Below are positions 1 through 12,200 of a stretch of 64,000 nt of DNA, in pieces. The DNA is from a bacterium. GTDB taxonomy: Bacteria > UBA8248. The stretch is taken from NCBI GenBank assembly GCA_963692865.2, contig OY843592.1, positions 1,920,001-1,984,000 on the forward strand. Reading direction: 5' to 3'. The notes below the pieces were generated by a model, which ran no database searches, was not told the DNA's origin, and was given only the letters and a program-made list of their open reading frames with translations. Each line of letters starts with the position of its first letter. The first letter of the stretch is position 1. The translations under genes and the position numbers were made by a program.

Positions 1-1393
1 CCGTCGTTCCCAGGGCGGCCGCGCCGGTCGCGGCGGCTATCGCCCTCCAGACGGCGGCCTTGAGCGGCCTGCCGCTCAAGGCCATATTGCCCGAGTGAAA
101 GATCACCCTGCCGTCGAGGGAAATGGTGGCGGCGTAGGTGGCGCCGGACTTCCAGGGGCCCTCATGCCTGAAGAGGCACCTGCTGTACGTCAATTCCGGC
201 CCCACGCGGACGCTCGCCAGATACTGTTTCCCCGCCAGGGCGAAATTCTTCAGGTTCTCCGCGCTCCCCGCCGCCTGGGCGGCCGTGACGTCCGGGGTCT
301 CCAGCGTATTCACCGCCACGCCCGCCGGGCGCGGGCAGACGGCCTCGGACACCGCGCCCGGGTCCCTGTAGATCCCCGCGCCGATGATGAATGAATTTCC
401 AGTAACTTCATTCCTGAGACTGCGGGCGAAGGTCACCTTCGGCACGTCGGCGCTGTCCGTGTCGTCGTCGGGGTTGTCGAAATAGTACTGCACGAAGCCG
501 CCGCCGGGTTTCTTCGCCGCCTCGATGATCTGCGGCAGGATGAGCTTGCCGGTGACGACGTCCCGCAAGGTGTCCGTGGGGGTGGCGAGTTCGTATCGCC
601 CCGGATCCCCCCCGTGAAAGAACGTGTAGCCGCTTTCATCCATCAGGAACAGGTAGATTTCGCCGTGCCTCCAATGCTCGGTCCTGAAGACGCTCCTCAG
701 TTTTGAAAAGGTGTTGCTGGGGTCACGGAAGAAGTTTCCCATGAAAGTCCTCGCCCCGTTCACGAAGGCCTCGAGCGTCGCGCGGTCCACCACGTCCCTG
801 GCCGTTACGGCCGGGATGGCGCCCGGGTCGAGGACTTCCTCCATCAGGCTGGATTCCTGGATATCGAGGCCGGCCACCACGATGTGCGGGAAGTTGGAAA
901 GGCCGTCTATATAACCGACCGCATGCCCGCCTCCCGGCAAAGCGCCGCCGTCCGGATTGCTGAAACCCCTTTGAGTCAAACCGGCCGCGCCGGCGATCTG
1001 TCCCCAAAGGGCGGGGTTGAGCCGCCTGCCCCCGAGATTCGCATTGTTCGGGTGAAAGAGCAGTCTCCCGTCCGGAGTCAGGCCCGTGACGTAGATGGAG
1101 CCGGAATTCCAGTTCGGATGATTCTTGAAAAGACACAAAACGTATGAATTCGCAGGAAACGTCCTGGAACTCGCTATCAGGTCTTTCCCCGCCAGGGCGA
1201 AGGCCTTGAGGTTCGCGGCCGTGGGGTTCGCCGCCGCCTGGGCGGCCGTGACGCTCGGGGTCTCCAACGGATTCGGGTCGACGCCCGACGGGCGCGGGCA
1301 GGACGCCTGCGCGAAGGCGGCGGGCGCGCCGGACAGAACGCCGGCCAGCGCAAGGATGAGCGCGGTCAAAACCATTCGTCTCGGAAATTTCAT
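1..1393 (-). CDS. Exported tandem-repeat Cache-domain-like protein (3' part beyond window edge)
   Basis: Not in the ORF track because it runs off the edge. Translated by hand from ATG 1393: signal peptide MKFPRRMVLTALILALAGVLSGAPAAFAQA, Cache-like segment W..GEIYLFLMDESG..FFHG...GGGFVQYYFDNP....PKVTFA...IIGAGIY, and a unit that restarts 963 nt later. Confidence 0.75.
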   Translation of the reverse strand, partial: MKFPRRMVLTALILALAGVLSGAPAAFAQASCPRPSGVDPNPLETPSVTAAQAAANPTAANLKAFALAGKDLIASSRTFPANSYVLCLFKNHPNWNSGSIYVTGLTPDGRLLFHPNNANLGGRRLNPALWGQIAGAAGLTQRGFSNPDGGALPGGGHAVGYIDGLSNFPHIVVAGLDIQESSLMEEVLDPGAIPAVTARDVVDRATLEAFVNGARTFMGNFFRDPSNTFSKLRSVFRTEHWRHGEIYLFLMDESGYTFFHGGDPGRYELATPTDTLRDVVTGKLILPQIIEAAKKPGGGFVQYYFDNPDDDTDSADVPKVTFARSLRNEVTGNSFIIGAGIYRDPGAVSEAVCPRPAGVAVNTLETPDVTAAQAAGSAENLKNFALAGKQYLASVRVGPELTYSRCLFRHEGPWKSGATYAATISLDGRVIFHSGNMALSGRPLKAAVWRAIAAATGAAALGTT

Positions 1394-1694
1394 CGTGGGG
1401 CCTCCTGAGCCGAGCCCGCTTCATCGGGGCGGGAGCGGGACACGCTGTTTTCTTTCCAGAAGCGGAAAAGCGAGCGCGATAGTATGTCAACAAATTCGAA
1501 TGCGTTCAGATTACGCCAGAGAGCGCGTGGAGGCAAGTTTTTTCGGAAGTGGGCCGCGAGGGTGGTGCGAGCGCAAATAATCCCATGATATGGCATGATC
1601 GGACGATCAAAAGCGCAATATGTTGTGGTTGCGCTTGACATGTTCTTCGGGATGGGAGAAAGTGCGCTTTCAGGCCCATACACGAGGACCCCCC

Positions 1695-3590
1695 ATGACG
1701 AAAGAGACCCGCATACGCATACTGCCCGAGTCGCTCGCGAACCGGATCGCCGCGGGCGAGGTGGTGCAGCGCCCCGCCTCCGCCTTGAAGGAACTGGTGG
1801 AGAACAGCATCGACGCGGGCGCCTCCCGCGTGGAAATCGACCTGGAATCCGGCGGCGCCGCGCGCGTGCAGGTCGTCGACGACGGCCACGGCATGAGCGA
1901 GGACGACGCGCTGTTGTGTCTCGAGCGCCACGCGACGAGCAAGATAGCCACGGATTGGGACCTGGACCGCATCTCCACCCTGGGCTTCAGGGGCGAGGCG
2001 CTGCCGAGCATCGCCGCCGTTTCGAAGATGACCATCACCACGAGGAGGCCGGGAGACGCCTTGGGGACCGAGGTGCGCGTGGAGGGCGGCAAACTGCAGC
2101 GCGTCACCGAGATGGGCGCGGCGCCCGGCGCAAGGGTCGAGGTGCGCTCGTTGTTCTACAACGTGCCCGCGAGGCGCAAATTCCTGAAACGAAAAGAGAC
2201 CGAGCTCGTCCGCTGCCTGGAAGTGGCGAACCAGGCGGCCATGGCGAACCCGAACGTTTCGTTCGTCCTGCGCCACGGGCGGAGGACGCTGCTCGACCTG
2301 GACGGCTCCGGAGGGCTCCTGGCCCGAGCCGCCCAACTCGTGGGCGAGGCGGCGGCCTCTCATCTACTCAAGATTCCCCGCGCCGCGGCGGAGAACATAA
2401 CGTTCGGCGGCTGGGCGGGCGCGCCGGGGCTCAACCGCTCCACGCGCGACGCGCAGTATCTCTTCGTGAACGGACGCCCCATCCGGGACCGTCTTTTCGT
2501 CCACGCGGCGTATGCGGCCTACCGCAGCTTCCTGCCGGTGAAGCGTCACCCCGTCTTCATCCTCTTTCTGGACATGCCGCCCGAGGACGTGGACGTGAAC
2601 GTCCACCCCGCCAAGCAGGAGGTGCGCTTCCGCTTCGCGTCGGGCGTCTACGACCTCGTGCGCGAGAGCGTCGCCGCCGTGCTGGGCGCGCGGCCCGAGC
2701 GGGCGCGGCGCGATTTTGCCCACCAGGGCGCAGGCCGCGCGGCGGGGAACGCTACGCATTCGGAGGCGGCCGGTCCCGCCGGGGAGGAATCTTCCATCCC
2801 GCCGTCGACGCCCGCTTTGCTGGGCGGCGGGGGATATTTTGGAGACCGCTCCGCCGCCGGGGGGTACGGCGTCTCGGAGGCGGAGCCCGCGGCCGGCGTC
2901 GAAGGGTCGGCCTCCGCTCCGCCCCCGCCTGCGAGTTCCCCGCCCGAATCCCAGGCGCCCTCGCCGATTGAGCGTATGCTCGAACCCCCCCATCCGTCCG
3001 ATCCGGTCGTTCTCTCCGAATGCCGCTACCTCGGCCAGTGGGAGGAATGCTTTTTGCTGTTCGCCTCCCCGCAGGGGCTGGTGCTCGTCGATCAGCACGC
3101 CGCGCATGAGCGCGTGCTCTACAACCGCTTCCGCGACCAGTTCCGGGAGGGCCGCGTGGACAGCCAGGCGTGCCTGGTGCCCGAGGAGATACGGCTCCGC
3201 CCCGAGGAGGCGCTCGGCATCGAGGCGCACCACGAGGATCTGCTGCGCTCGGGCTTCGAACTCGAGTGCGCGGCTCCCGGGGAATACCGGATTCGCGCCG
3301 TGCCCGCGCTCCTCGCGGACAGGGATCCCGCAGGCGCGGTGCGTCAGGTCGCGGAGGGTCTGGCGGATATGGAGCAGCCCGTGAGCTTCGCGGATCTCAT
3401 CGACGGCATCATCGCGAGGATGAGTTGCAAGGGCGCGGTGAAGGCGGCGCAGGCCATGCGCCCCGAGCAGGCGGCCGCTCTCGTCGAGGAGCTCGAAAAG
3501 ACGCCGGGCAGGTGGACGTGCCCGCACGGGCGGCCCGTTATGCTCGTGATGGGCGCAGACCCCGTGAAGAGGCGCTTTCTCAGGAGTTGA
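1695..3590 (+). CDS. mutL: DNA mismatch repair endonuclease MutL
   Basis: IAAGEVVQRPAS, ELVENSIDAG, HATSK, LGFRGEAL, DVNVHPAK; C-terminal DQHAAHER, SCK and CPHGRP endonuclease motifs. Confidence 0.97.
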   Translation: MTKETRIRILPESLANRIAAGEVVQRPASALKELVENSIDAGASRVEIDLESGGAARVQVVDDGHGMSEDDALLCLERHATSKIATDWDLDRISTLGFRGEALPSIAAVSKMTITTRRPGDALGTEVRVEGGKLQRVTEMGAAPGARVEVRSLFYNVPARRKFLKRKETELVRCLEVANQAAMANPNVSFVLRHGRRTLLDLDGSGGLLARAAQLVGEAAASHLLKIPRAAAENITFGGWAGAPGLNRSTRDAQYLFVNGRPIRDRLFVHAAYAAYRSFLPVKRHPVFILFLDMPPEDVDVNVHPAKQEVRFRFASGVYDLVRESVAAVLGARPERARRDFAHQGAGRAAGNATHSEAAGPAGEESSIPPSTPALLGGGGYFGDRSAAGGYGVSEAEPAAGVEGSASAPPPPASSPPESQAPSPIERMLEPPHPSDPVVLSECRYLGQWEECFLLFASPQGLVLVDQHAAHERVLYNRFRDQFREGRVDSQACLVPEEIRLRPEEALGIEAHHEDLLRSGFELECAAPGEYRIRAVPALLADRDPAGAVRQVAEGLADMEQPVSFADLIDGIIARMSCKGAVKAAQAMRPEQAAALVEELEKTPGRWTCPHGRPVMLVMGADPVKRRFLRS

Positions 3591-3623
3591 GCCGATTTTT
3601 CGCGCAAGGAGCCGGTAACGCTC

Positions 3624-3652
3624 TTGACACCCGCGCCCGCGCGCAACACAAT
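3624..3652 (+). promoter_or_regulatory. Sigma70-type promoter upstream of guaB
   Basis: TTGACA-17 bp-CACAAT. Confidence 0.6.
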
Positions 3653-3708
3653 GGCGAGGCAAGAAAAAGGGGGTCATCGAGGGAATCTTTGATGCCGCAT
3701 CCTTTTGA

Positions 3709-5388
<1,680 letters not shown>

Positions 5389-5626
5389 TTGACGGAGCGT
5401 CGTCCGGGCCGATGCCCGGCGGCGCCGGAGAGGGCATGCGCCTGCGGACGAGCGCCTGCCCCGCGTGGAAAGTCGCCCGGTGCCCGTGAGAACGGACGCG
5501 CCGGATCGTCGGGGGATCATGGGGGTTCCGATTCGTCCGGCGCCGGGGTTGTCGGCCGATTGCCCGCCTTGAGAGCGGGCCTTAAAGTGGAGGGGGGAGG
5601 GGCGGTTCGTTCCGCTTTGTCCTGAA

Positions 5627-7162
5627 ATGAAGATGCGCGATCAGATACTCATCCTCGATTTCGGCTCCCAGTACACGCAGCTCATCGCCCGGCGCGTGCG
5701 GGAGTTGAACGTGTACTGCGAGATTCACCCGTGCACCCGCGACTGGCGCGAGGTGACGGGTCCGCACACCAGGGGCGTCATCCTGTCGGGCGGGCCGAGC
5801 AGCGTGTACGAGAACGGCTCCCCCTCGGTCGACCCCGCGCTGTTCGAGAGCGACCTCCCGGTTCTGGGCATCTGCTACGGCATGCAGCTCATGACCCACC
5901 TCCTCGGCGGGAAGGTCGGCCCCTACGCCAAGAGGGAGTTCGGACGCGCCGAGGTGGTGGTCGAGGAGCCCGTCGGCATCTTTCTCGGTTCGGGCGGCGC
6001 GGAGACCGTCTGGATGAGCCACGGCGACACGATAGAGGCGCCGCCGCCCGGCTACAGGCCGCTCGCGCGCTCGGAGGGCTCCCCGGTGGCGGCGATGATG
6101 TCCGACGACGGGCGGCGCTACGGCATACAGTTTCACCCCGAAGTGGCCCACACCCCGAGAGGCAAGGAGATTCTGTACAACTTCGTGCGCAGGGTTTGCG
6201 GATGCGCGGGCGACTGGACGATGCGCTCCTTCATCGAGGAGGCGGTCGAGCGCATCAGGCGCCAGGTGGGGGACAGGCGCGTGGTGTGCGGCCTCTCGGG
6301 CGGTGTGGATTCCTCCGTCACGGCGATGCTCGTCAAGGAAGCGATAGGCGAGCGGCTCACCTGCATCTTCGTGGACAACGGCCTGCTCCGCAAGAACGAG
6401 GCCGCACAGGTGGTGGAGACCTTCGGCGGGAGGCTCGACCTCGTGCACGCGGACGCGAGCCGGGATTTTTTGAACGCGCTGCGCGGCGTCACGCACCCCG
6501 AGGCCAAGAGGAAGAGGATCGGCGAGATGTTCATCCGGGTGTTCGAGCGCGAGGCGAGGAAGCTGGGCGACGTGAAGTTCCTGGCCCAGGGAACGCTCTA
6601 CCCCGACGTCATCGAGAGCGTCTCGTTCAAGGGGCCTTCGGCGACCATCAAGAGCCACCACAACGTGGGCGGGCTGCCCAAATGGATGCGGTTCGCGCTC
6701 ATCGAACCCCTGCGCGAGTTGTTCAAGGACGAGGTGCGCGAGGCGGGCGAGGCGTTGGGACTGCCCCGCGAGATGCTCTGGCGCCACCCGTTCCCCGGGC
6801 CGGGCCTCGCCGTGCGCGTCCTGGGCGAGGTGACGGAGAAGCGCGTGCAGACCCTCCAGGAGGCGGACGCCATCTTCATCGAAACGCTCCACAAGCACGA
6901 TTGCTACTACAAGGTCTGGCAGGCGTTCGCCGTGCTGCTGCCCGTGAACACCGTGGGCGTGATGGGCGACGCGAGGACGTATGAGAACGCCCTCGCGCTC
7001 CGGGCCGTCACCAGCCAGGACGGGATGACGGCGGACTGGGCCAGGCTGCCCCCCGATTTGCTGGCCGAGGCCTCATCGCGCATCATCAACGAGGTGCGCG
7101 GGGTGAACCGCGTGGTCTACGACGTCTCCTCCAAGCCGCCGGGCACGATTGAGTGGGAGTGA
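5627..7162 (+). CDS. guaA: GMP synthase (glutamine-hydrolysing)
   Basis: [52 protein letters not shown]. Confidence 0.98.
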   Translation: MKMRDQILILDFGSQYTQLIARRVRELNVYCEIHPCTRDWREVTGPHTRGVILSGGPSSVYENGSPSVDPALFESDLPVLGICYGMQLMTHLLGGKVGPYAKREFGRAEVVVEEPVGIFLGSGGAETVWMSHGDTIEAPPPGYRPLARSEGSPVAAMMSDDGRRYGIQFHPEVAHTPRGKEILYNFVRRVCGCAGDWTMRSFIEEAVERIRRQVGDRRVVCGLSGGVDSSVTAMLVKEAIGERLTCIFVDNGLLRKNEAAQVVETFGGRLDLVHADASRDFLNALRGVTHPEAKRKRIGEMFIRVFEREARKLGDVKFLAQGTLYPDVIESVSFKGPSATIKSHHNVGGLPKWMRFALIEPLRELFKDEVREAGEALGLPREMLWRHPFPGPGLAVRVLGEVTEKRVQTLQEADAIFIETLHKHDCYYKVWQAFAVLLPVNTVGVMGDARTYENALALRAVTSQDGMTADWARLPPDLLAEASSRIINEVRGVNRVVYDVSSKPPGTIEWE

Positions 7163-7198
7163 TTAAAACCCTTATAAATCAATAGTTTGGAGAACGGA

Positions 7199-7948
7199 CT
7201 ATTTTTTCTTCTTTTCCACCAGCCTGATTTTGTCGATATCCAGAATGGAGATTCTCTCGCCGGCCGCCCCTTCATCGCCGGGCCGGTAAATCCCGAACTT
7301 GAAATGCGGCTCTCCGCATGACTCCACATCAAAAGTTGATTCGTCCATAATTTTTTCGTCATCAAGATACAGGTTGTATTTCGAGTTTGAAAAATTAAAC
7401 TCCAGCTTTACGTCAATCCATTTCCCGATAACCTCATTGATGCTCACCTTCCTTTTCAAGCGCTTATGCCGATGTCTGGCCGTCAAGCGCCCATTCGAAA
7501 ATTTGAACATCATGGGAGGGCCGACTCTGCAACCTTGTACGCCTTGGTGCATTTGAAAAAAGTCTTCTCTTTCGAAGGCAAATCCTTTTACGAATCTGGC
7601 CCTGAAGGTCAGCGTATAGCCTGCATCTTTTTTCAAAGTACTCGCCTGTTTTATCTCCGCGCGCTCCCAATACGGCGCGCCGTGCCTGGCGATGCCGTCG
7701 GAACTGCATCCTCCTACCTGCTTGTTTTTGAGCGTAAAGCGCAGGAACGTCTCTTTTCCTTCCGTCGCCCATCGTACGGAATTAGAATCCGGGAGGGCGC
7801 AATTTTCGTAAAACTCGATGTTCCAGTCGCTGTCCTGGTAGGTTGTCCTGCTACCTGTGTCGAAATACCCTGCGGGTGAAATCATGTCCGATGAAGTTTT
7901 ACATCCCGCCAAAAAGACGATAATAATCAGAAGAAGAAAGTTGCGCAT
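7199..7948 (-). CDS. Lipoprotein, polysaccharide lyase-like (heparin lyase I-like beta-sandwich)
   Basis: Lipobox FLAG-C; ERAEIK, FFQMHQ, GKWID, HFKFGIYR motifs; markedly lower GC than the flanks. Confidence 0.6.
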   Translation of the reverse strand: MRNFLLLIIIVFLAGCKTSSDMISPAGYFDTGSRTTYQDSDWNIEFYENCALPDSNSVRWATEGKETFLRFTLKNKQVGGCSSDGIARHGAPYWERAEIKQASTLKKDAGYTLTFRARFVKGFAFEREDFFQMHQGVQGCRVGPPMMFKFSNGRLTARHRHKRLKRKVSINEVIGKWIDVKLEFNFSNSKYNLYLDDEKIMDESTFDVESCGEPHFKFGIYRPGDEGAAGERISILDIDKIRLVEKKKK

Positions 7949-8142
7949 TTTCCCCCCGGATTTCATTGAGTATTTGGAATGGGGCGCTTGCCTGAAATTT
8001 AGATGTCTTGGATAACAAAAGCAAATAAATGGGGCAGCGCAAGGTTTCATGCTTTTGAATCAGGTAATTGCAATGGGTCTGTCCGTTTTTCCAGCGTAAA
8101 GCTCGCCGCCGCGTCTGAAATTTTCTTCGGGAGCCGCCAGAA

Positions 8143-8691
8143 ATGTATCGCAAGTTGAATACCTCGCTCGCAGTGATTCCGCTCTTTTTGCTTGGCTTGC
8201 TTCTCGCAGGAGCGGGCGCCCATGCCCATGAGGCGAATTATCCCCACCTGCACGTCGCCCAGAGCGGCCACGGGGAGAAAGGGCACGGGCATCATACGAA
8301 AAGGCCCGCCGGGGTGAAGAAGGGCCACGGAGGGATGAAGCATTCCGTCAAAGTGGTTCCCGCCGATTACAAGAACCCGCCGAGCGTGAAGATACGCCTG
8401 GAAAGAGATGCGCACACTAAAGCCGCGCTCAATCTGTTCCTCGAACTCAGGAATTTCCGTTTCGCGCCCGAGGAGGTCAACAGGACTTCCAAAATCAACG
8501 AGGGCCACGCGCACCTGTACCTGAACGGGGAGAAGCTGACGAGACTCTATGCGGCTTCCTATTTCATGGACAAGCTGCCGAAGGGGAATCTGGAGATAAG
8601 GGTTACGCTGAACACGAACACCCATGAAGACCTGACCTACAAGGGAAAGCCCGTTCAGGCCGTCGTGGTGATCGAGGATTTCAACAACTAG
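8143..8691 (+). CDS. Exported His-rich hypothetical protein, possibly metal-binding
   Basis: Signal peptide ending AHA, His-rich N-terminus, EGHAHLYLNG...LNTNTH. Confidence 0.6.
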   Translation: MYRKLNTSLAVIPLFLLGLLLAGAGAHAHEANYPHLHVAQSGHGEKGHGHHTKRPAGVKKGHGGMKHSVKVVPADYKNPPSVKIRLERDAHTKAALNLFLELRNFRFAPEEVNRTSKINEGHAHLYLNGEKLTRLYAASYFMDKLPKGNLEIRVTLNTNTHEDLTYKGKPVQAVVVIEDFNN

Positions 8692-8709
8692 GGGCGGAGA
8701 GACGAAACT

Positions 8710-9075
8710 TTGCTGATATGGACGCATTTCATTCTGGCGGTGCTGGCGATAGGCCTCGGCGCCGTCAATCTCGCGTCGGCGAAGGGAACGCCCAGGCACC
8801 GCGTCATCGGCTGGTGCTGGATGGTCGTGATGACCTACGTCACGGTCTCGTCGTTCTGGATACGTGAACTCAACGACGGCGCGTTCAGCTGGATTCATAT
8901 TCTCACGGTCTGGACGATTTTCTGCATGGTGATGGCCGTGGTCTCGATACGGCGGGGAAACGTGCGGCGGCACGCGGCGTTCATGACGGGCACGATGATA
9001 GGCGCCCTCATCGCGGGCGGGTTCGCCATGATGCCCGGCAGGTTCATCAGCGGGCTTTTCGGATACGGCGGGTGA
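8710..9075 (+). CDS. DUF2306-like membrane protein
   Basis: KGTPRHRVIG, FSWIHIL, VRRHAAFM, PGR motifs; four hydrophobic helices. Confidence 0.75.
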   Translation: MLIWTHFILAVLAIGLGAVNLASAKGTPRHRVIGWCWMVVMTYVTVSSFWIRELNDGAFSWIHILTVWTIFCMVMAVVSIRRGNVRRHAAFMTGTMIGALIAGGFAMMPGRFISGLFGYGG

Positions 9076-9233
9076 CCCGCCGGAAGCGCGAATGCGCCCG
9101 GTGAAGCAAGGAAGATGACGGCGGCGGGCCCCAAGCGGTAAACTGAAAGCGTCGCGCCGGCTACAGGGGCTGCACGAAAAGCCGTATTCTAAAAGAGTAC
9201 GCCAGTATCAAATACCGCCCTCGGGGAATCGAC

Positions 9234-12200
9234 ATGCCGTCTCCATTCGTTCATCTGCATCTACACTCCCAGTACAGCCTGCTCGACGGCACCACGCGAA
9301 TCGGCGATCTGGTGCAGCGCGCCGCCGAACTCGGCCAGCCGGCCGTGGCCCTCACCGACCACGGGAACATGTTCGGCGCGGTGAAGTTCTACGAGGCGGC
9401 GCGGAGGGCGGGCGTCAAGCCCATCATCGGCTGCGAGGTGTATGTCGCCCCCGGCAGCCGGCTCGACAAGGGCGCGACGAACGGCGGGGGACGCGCCTAC
9501 CACATGCTGCTGCTCGCCCAGAACCAGACGGGCTACAACAACCTGTGCGAGCTGGTCACGCGGGGCTTTACCGAGGGCATGTACTATTTCCCGAGAATCG
9601 ACCGCGAGCTTCTCGCCGGTCACGCCGAGGGCCTCATCTGCACGTCCGCCTGCCTGCGCGGGGAGGTGAACGACCATCTCCTGCACGGCCGCGAGGAGGC
9701 GGCGCGCGAGGCGGCCGGGTTCTACAAGGACCTCTTTCCGGGGCGCTACTACCTCGAACTCCAGGATCACGGCATGGAGGAGGACAAGCGGGTCATCCCG
9801 AGGGTCATCGCCCTCTCGAAGGAGATGGGCCTGCCCCTCGTCGCCACCAACGACGTGCATTATCTCGACAAGGGGGACCACGGCGCCCAGGAGGTGCTCA
9901 TCTGCATCCAGACGGGCAAGACGCTCAACGACCCCAACCGCATGAAGATCAAGAGCGAGGAGTTTTATCTCAAAAGCGCCGAGGAGATGGAGGCGCTCTT
10001 CGGCGAGGTCCCCGAAGCCCTCGCCAACACGCTCGCCATCGCCGAGCGATGCGATTTCGAGTTCACCTTCGGCGCGGCCCATTACCCGGATTTCGAGACC
10101 CCGGACGGCGCCGACAAGAAAGAATACCTGAGGCGCACCGCCGAGGAAGGGCTGGCGCGCAGGCTCTCGCAGTTCGGAATCGAGGGCGCCGAGGCGGAGC
10201 GCTACCGCGAGCGGCTCGATATGGAGCTCGAAGTCATCAACAGCCAGAACTACGAGGGTTACTTCCTCATCGTGTCCGATTTCATCCGCTACGCCAAGGA
10301 GCAGGGCATTCCCGTGGGCCCGGGCCGGGGCTCGGCGGCGGGCAGCCTGGCCGCCTACGCGCTGGGCATCACGGGCATCGACCCGCTCAGGTACTCCCTT
10401 CTCTTCGAGCGCTTCCTGAACCCCGAGCGCATCAGCCCGCCCGACGTGGACATCGACTTCTGCATGGACCGGCGCGACGAGGTCATCCGCTACGTGCAGG
10501 AGAAGTACGGACGCGAGAACGTGTGCCAGATCATCACCTTCGGGAGCATGCTGGCGAAGGGCGTCCTGCGGGACGTGGGCCGCGTGATGGACATGCCCTA
10601 CGGCGAGGTGGACCGCATCGCCAAGCTGGTGCCCAACGAACTCAAGATCACCCTCGACGACGCGATGAAGAAAGAACCGCGCCTGCGCGACACCGTGGCG
10701 CGCGACCCGAAGGTGGGCGAGTTGATGGGCACGGCCCGGAAACTCGAGGGCAACATCCGCCACGCGGGAACGCACGCGGCCGGCGTGGTCATCGCGCCGT
10801 CGAAGCTCACCGACTTCGTGCCGCTCTACAAGGCGTCGGGCGGGGAGATGATGACCCAGTTCGACATGAAGGACATCGAGGAGATCGGCCTCCTCAAGAT
10901 GGATTTCCTGGGTCTCAAGACGCTCACGGTGCTCGAGCGCGCCGTGAACCTCGTGCGCGACGGCGGCGGAGAGCTCGATTTGGAAACACTGACCCTGGAC
11001 GATGCGGCGACCTACCGCCTGCTCGCCGAGGGCAAGACGACCGGCATTTTCCAGCTCGAAAGCCGGGGCATTCGCGAGTATCTGAGGAAGCTCGTCCCCA
11101 CGACGTTCGAGGACCTGATCGCGATGGTGGCGCTCTACCGGCCCGGCCCGCTGGAGAGCGGCATGGTGGATGCCTTCATCAACAGAAAGCACGGGCGCGA
11201 GGAGATCGATTATTTCTTCGATGAACTCCAGACCATCCTCGAGGGCACCTACGGCGTCATGGTGTATCAGGAGCAGGTCATGCAGATATCGAACGCGCTC
11301 GCGGGCTTCTCCCTGGCGCGCGCGGACGTGCTGCGCAAGGCGATGGGCAAGAAGAGCCAGAAGCTCATGGCCGAGCAGCAGGCCGACTTCGTCGACGGGG
11401 CCGCCGCGCGCGGCCACGACAGGAGAAAGGTACAGTCCCTGTGGGATCAGATCGACAAGTTCGCGGGCTACGGCTTCAACAAGAGCCACAGCGCGGCCTA
11501 CGCCCTCATCGCCTACCGCACCGCCTACATGAAGACGCACCATCCGCGCGAGTTCATGTCGGCGCTTCTCACGTGCGACCGGGAGAACGCGGATAAGGTC
11601 ATCAAGGACATCGCCGAGTGCCGGAGCATGCAGATCGCCGTGCTCCCGCCGGACGTGAACGCCAGCCAGAAGGATTTCACGGTCGAGCGGGAGGCCATCC
11701 GCTTCGGTCTGGCCGCCGTGAAGAACGTGGGCGAGGGGCTGGTGGACGCCGTGCTGGCCGGCCGGAACGAGGAGGGTCCGTTCAGGGACCTGGGTGATTT
11801 CTGCAGGCGCGTGGAGCATCGGCATCTCAACCGGCGGGCGCTGGAGAGCCTCATCAAGGCGGCCGCCTTCGACTCTCTGGGCGTGGGACGCGCGCAGGCG
11901 ACGGCTTCTTTGGACATCGTGCTCGAAGCCGCTGTTCGCGAACAGAAAAGCGCCGCCGTGGGGCAGGGCTCCCTCTTCGGCGGGGACGAGGCCGCGAGGA
12001 ACGCGCTTCACCTGCCCGAGGTGGCCGAGTGGGAGGACGGGATGCGTCTGGCCAGCGAGCGCGAGGTGCTGGGCTTTTACGTTTCAGGACACCCGCTGGA
12101 TGATCACAAGGAAATCGTCGAGCGCTTCGCCAACATCGACACGCTGCGCCTCGCCGACGTCACGAGCGCGCGCAAACTCATGATGGCCGGCCTCATCCGC

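Noticed and set aside
5389-5626. 238-bp guaB-guaA spacer as an ORF or ncRNA
   Set aside because: The 78-aa ORF is low-complexity and only weak GC hairpins are present
9261-12011. Long antisense ORFs (916 aa here; also 3580-5520, 48393-50621, 55350-56978, 57442-58992 and others)
   Set aside because: Shadow frames of high-GC genes, with no recognisable motifs
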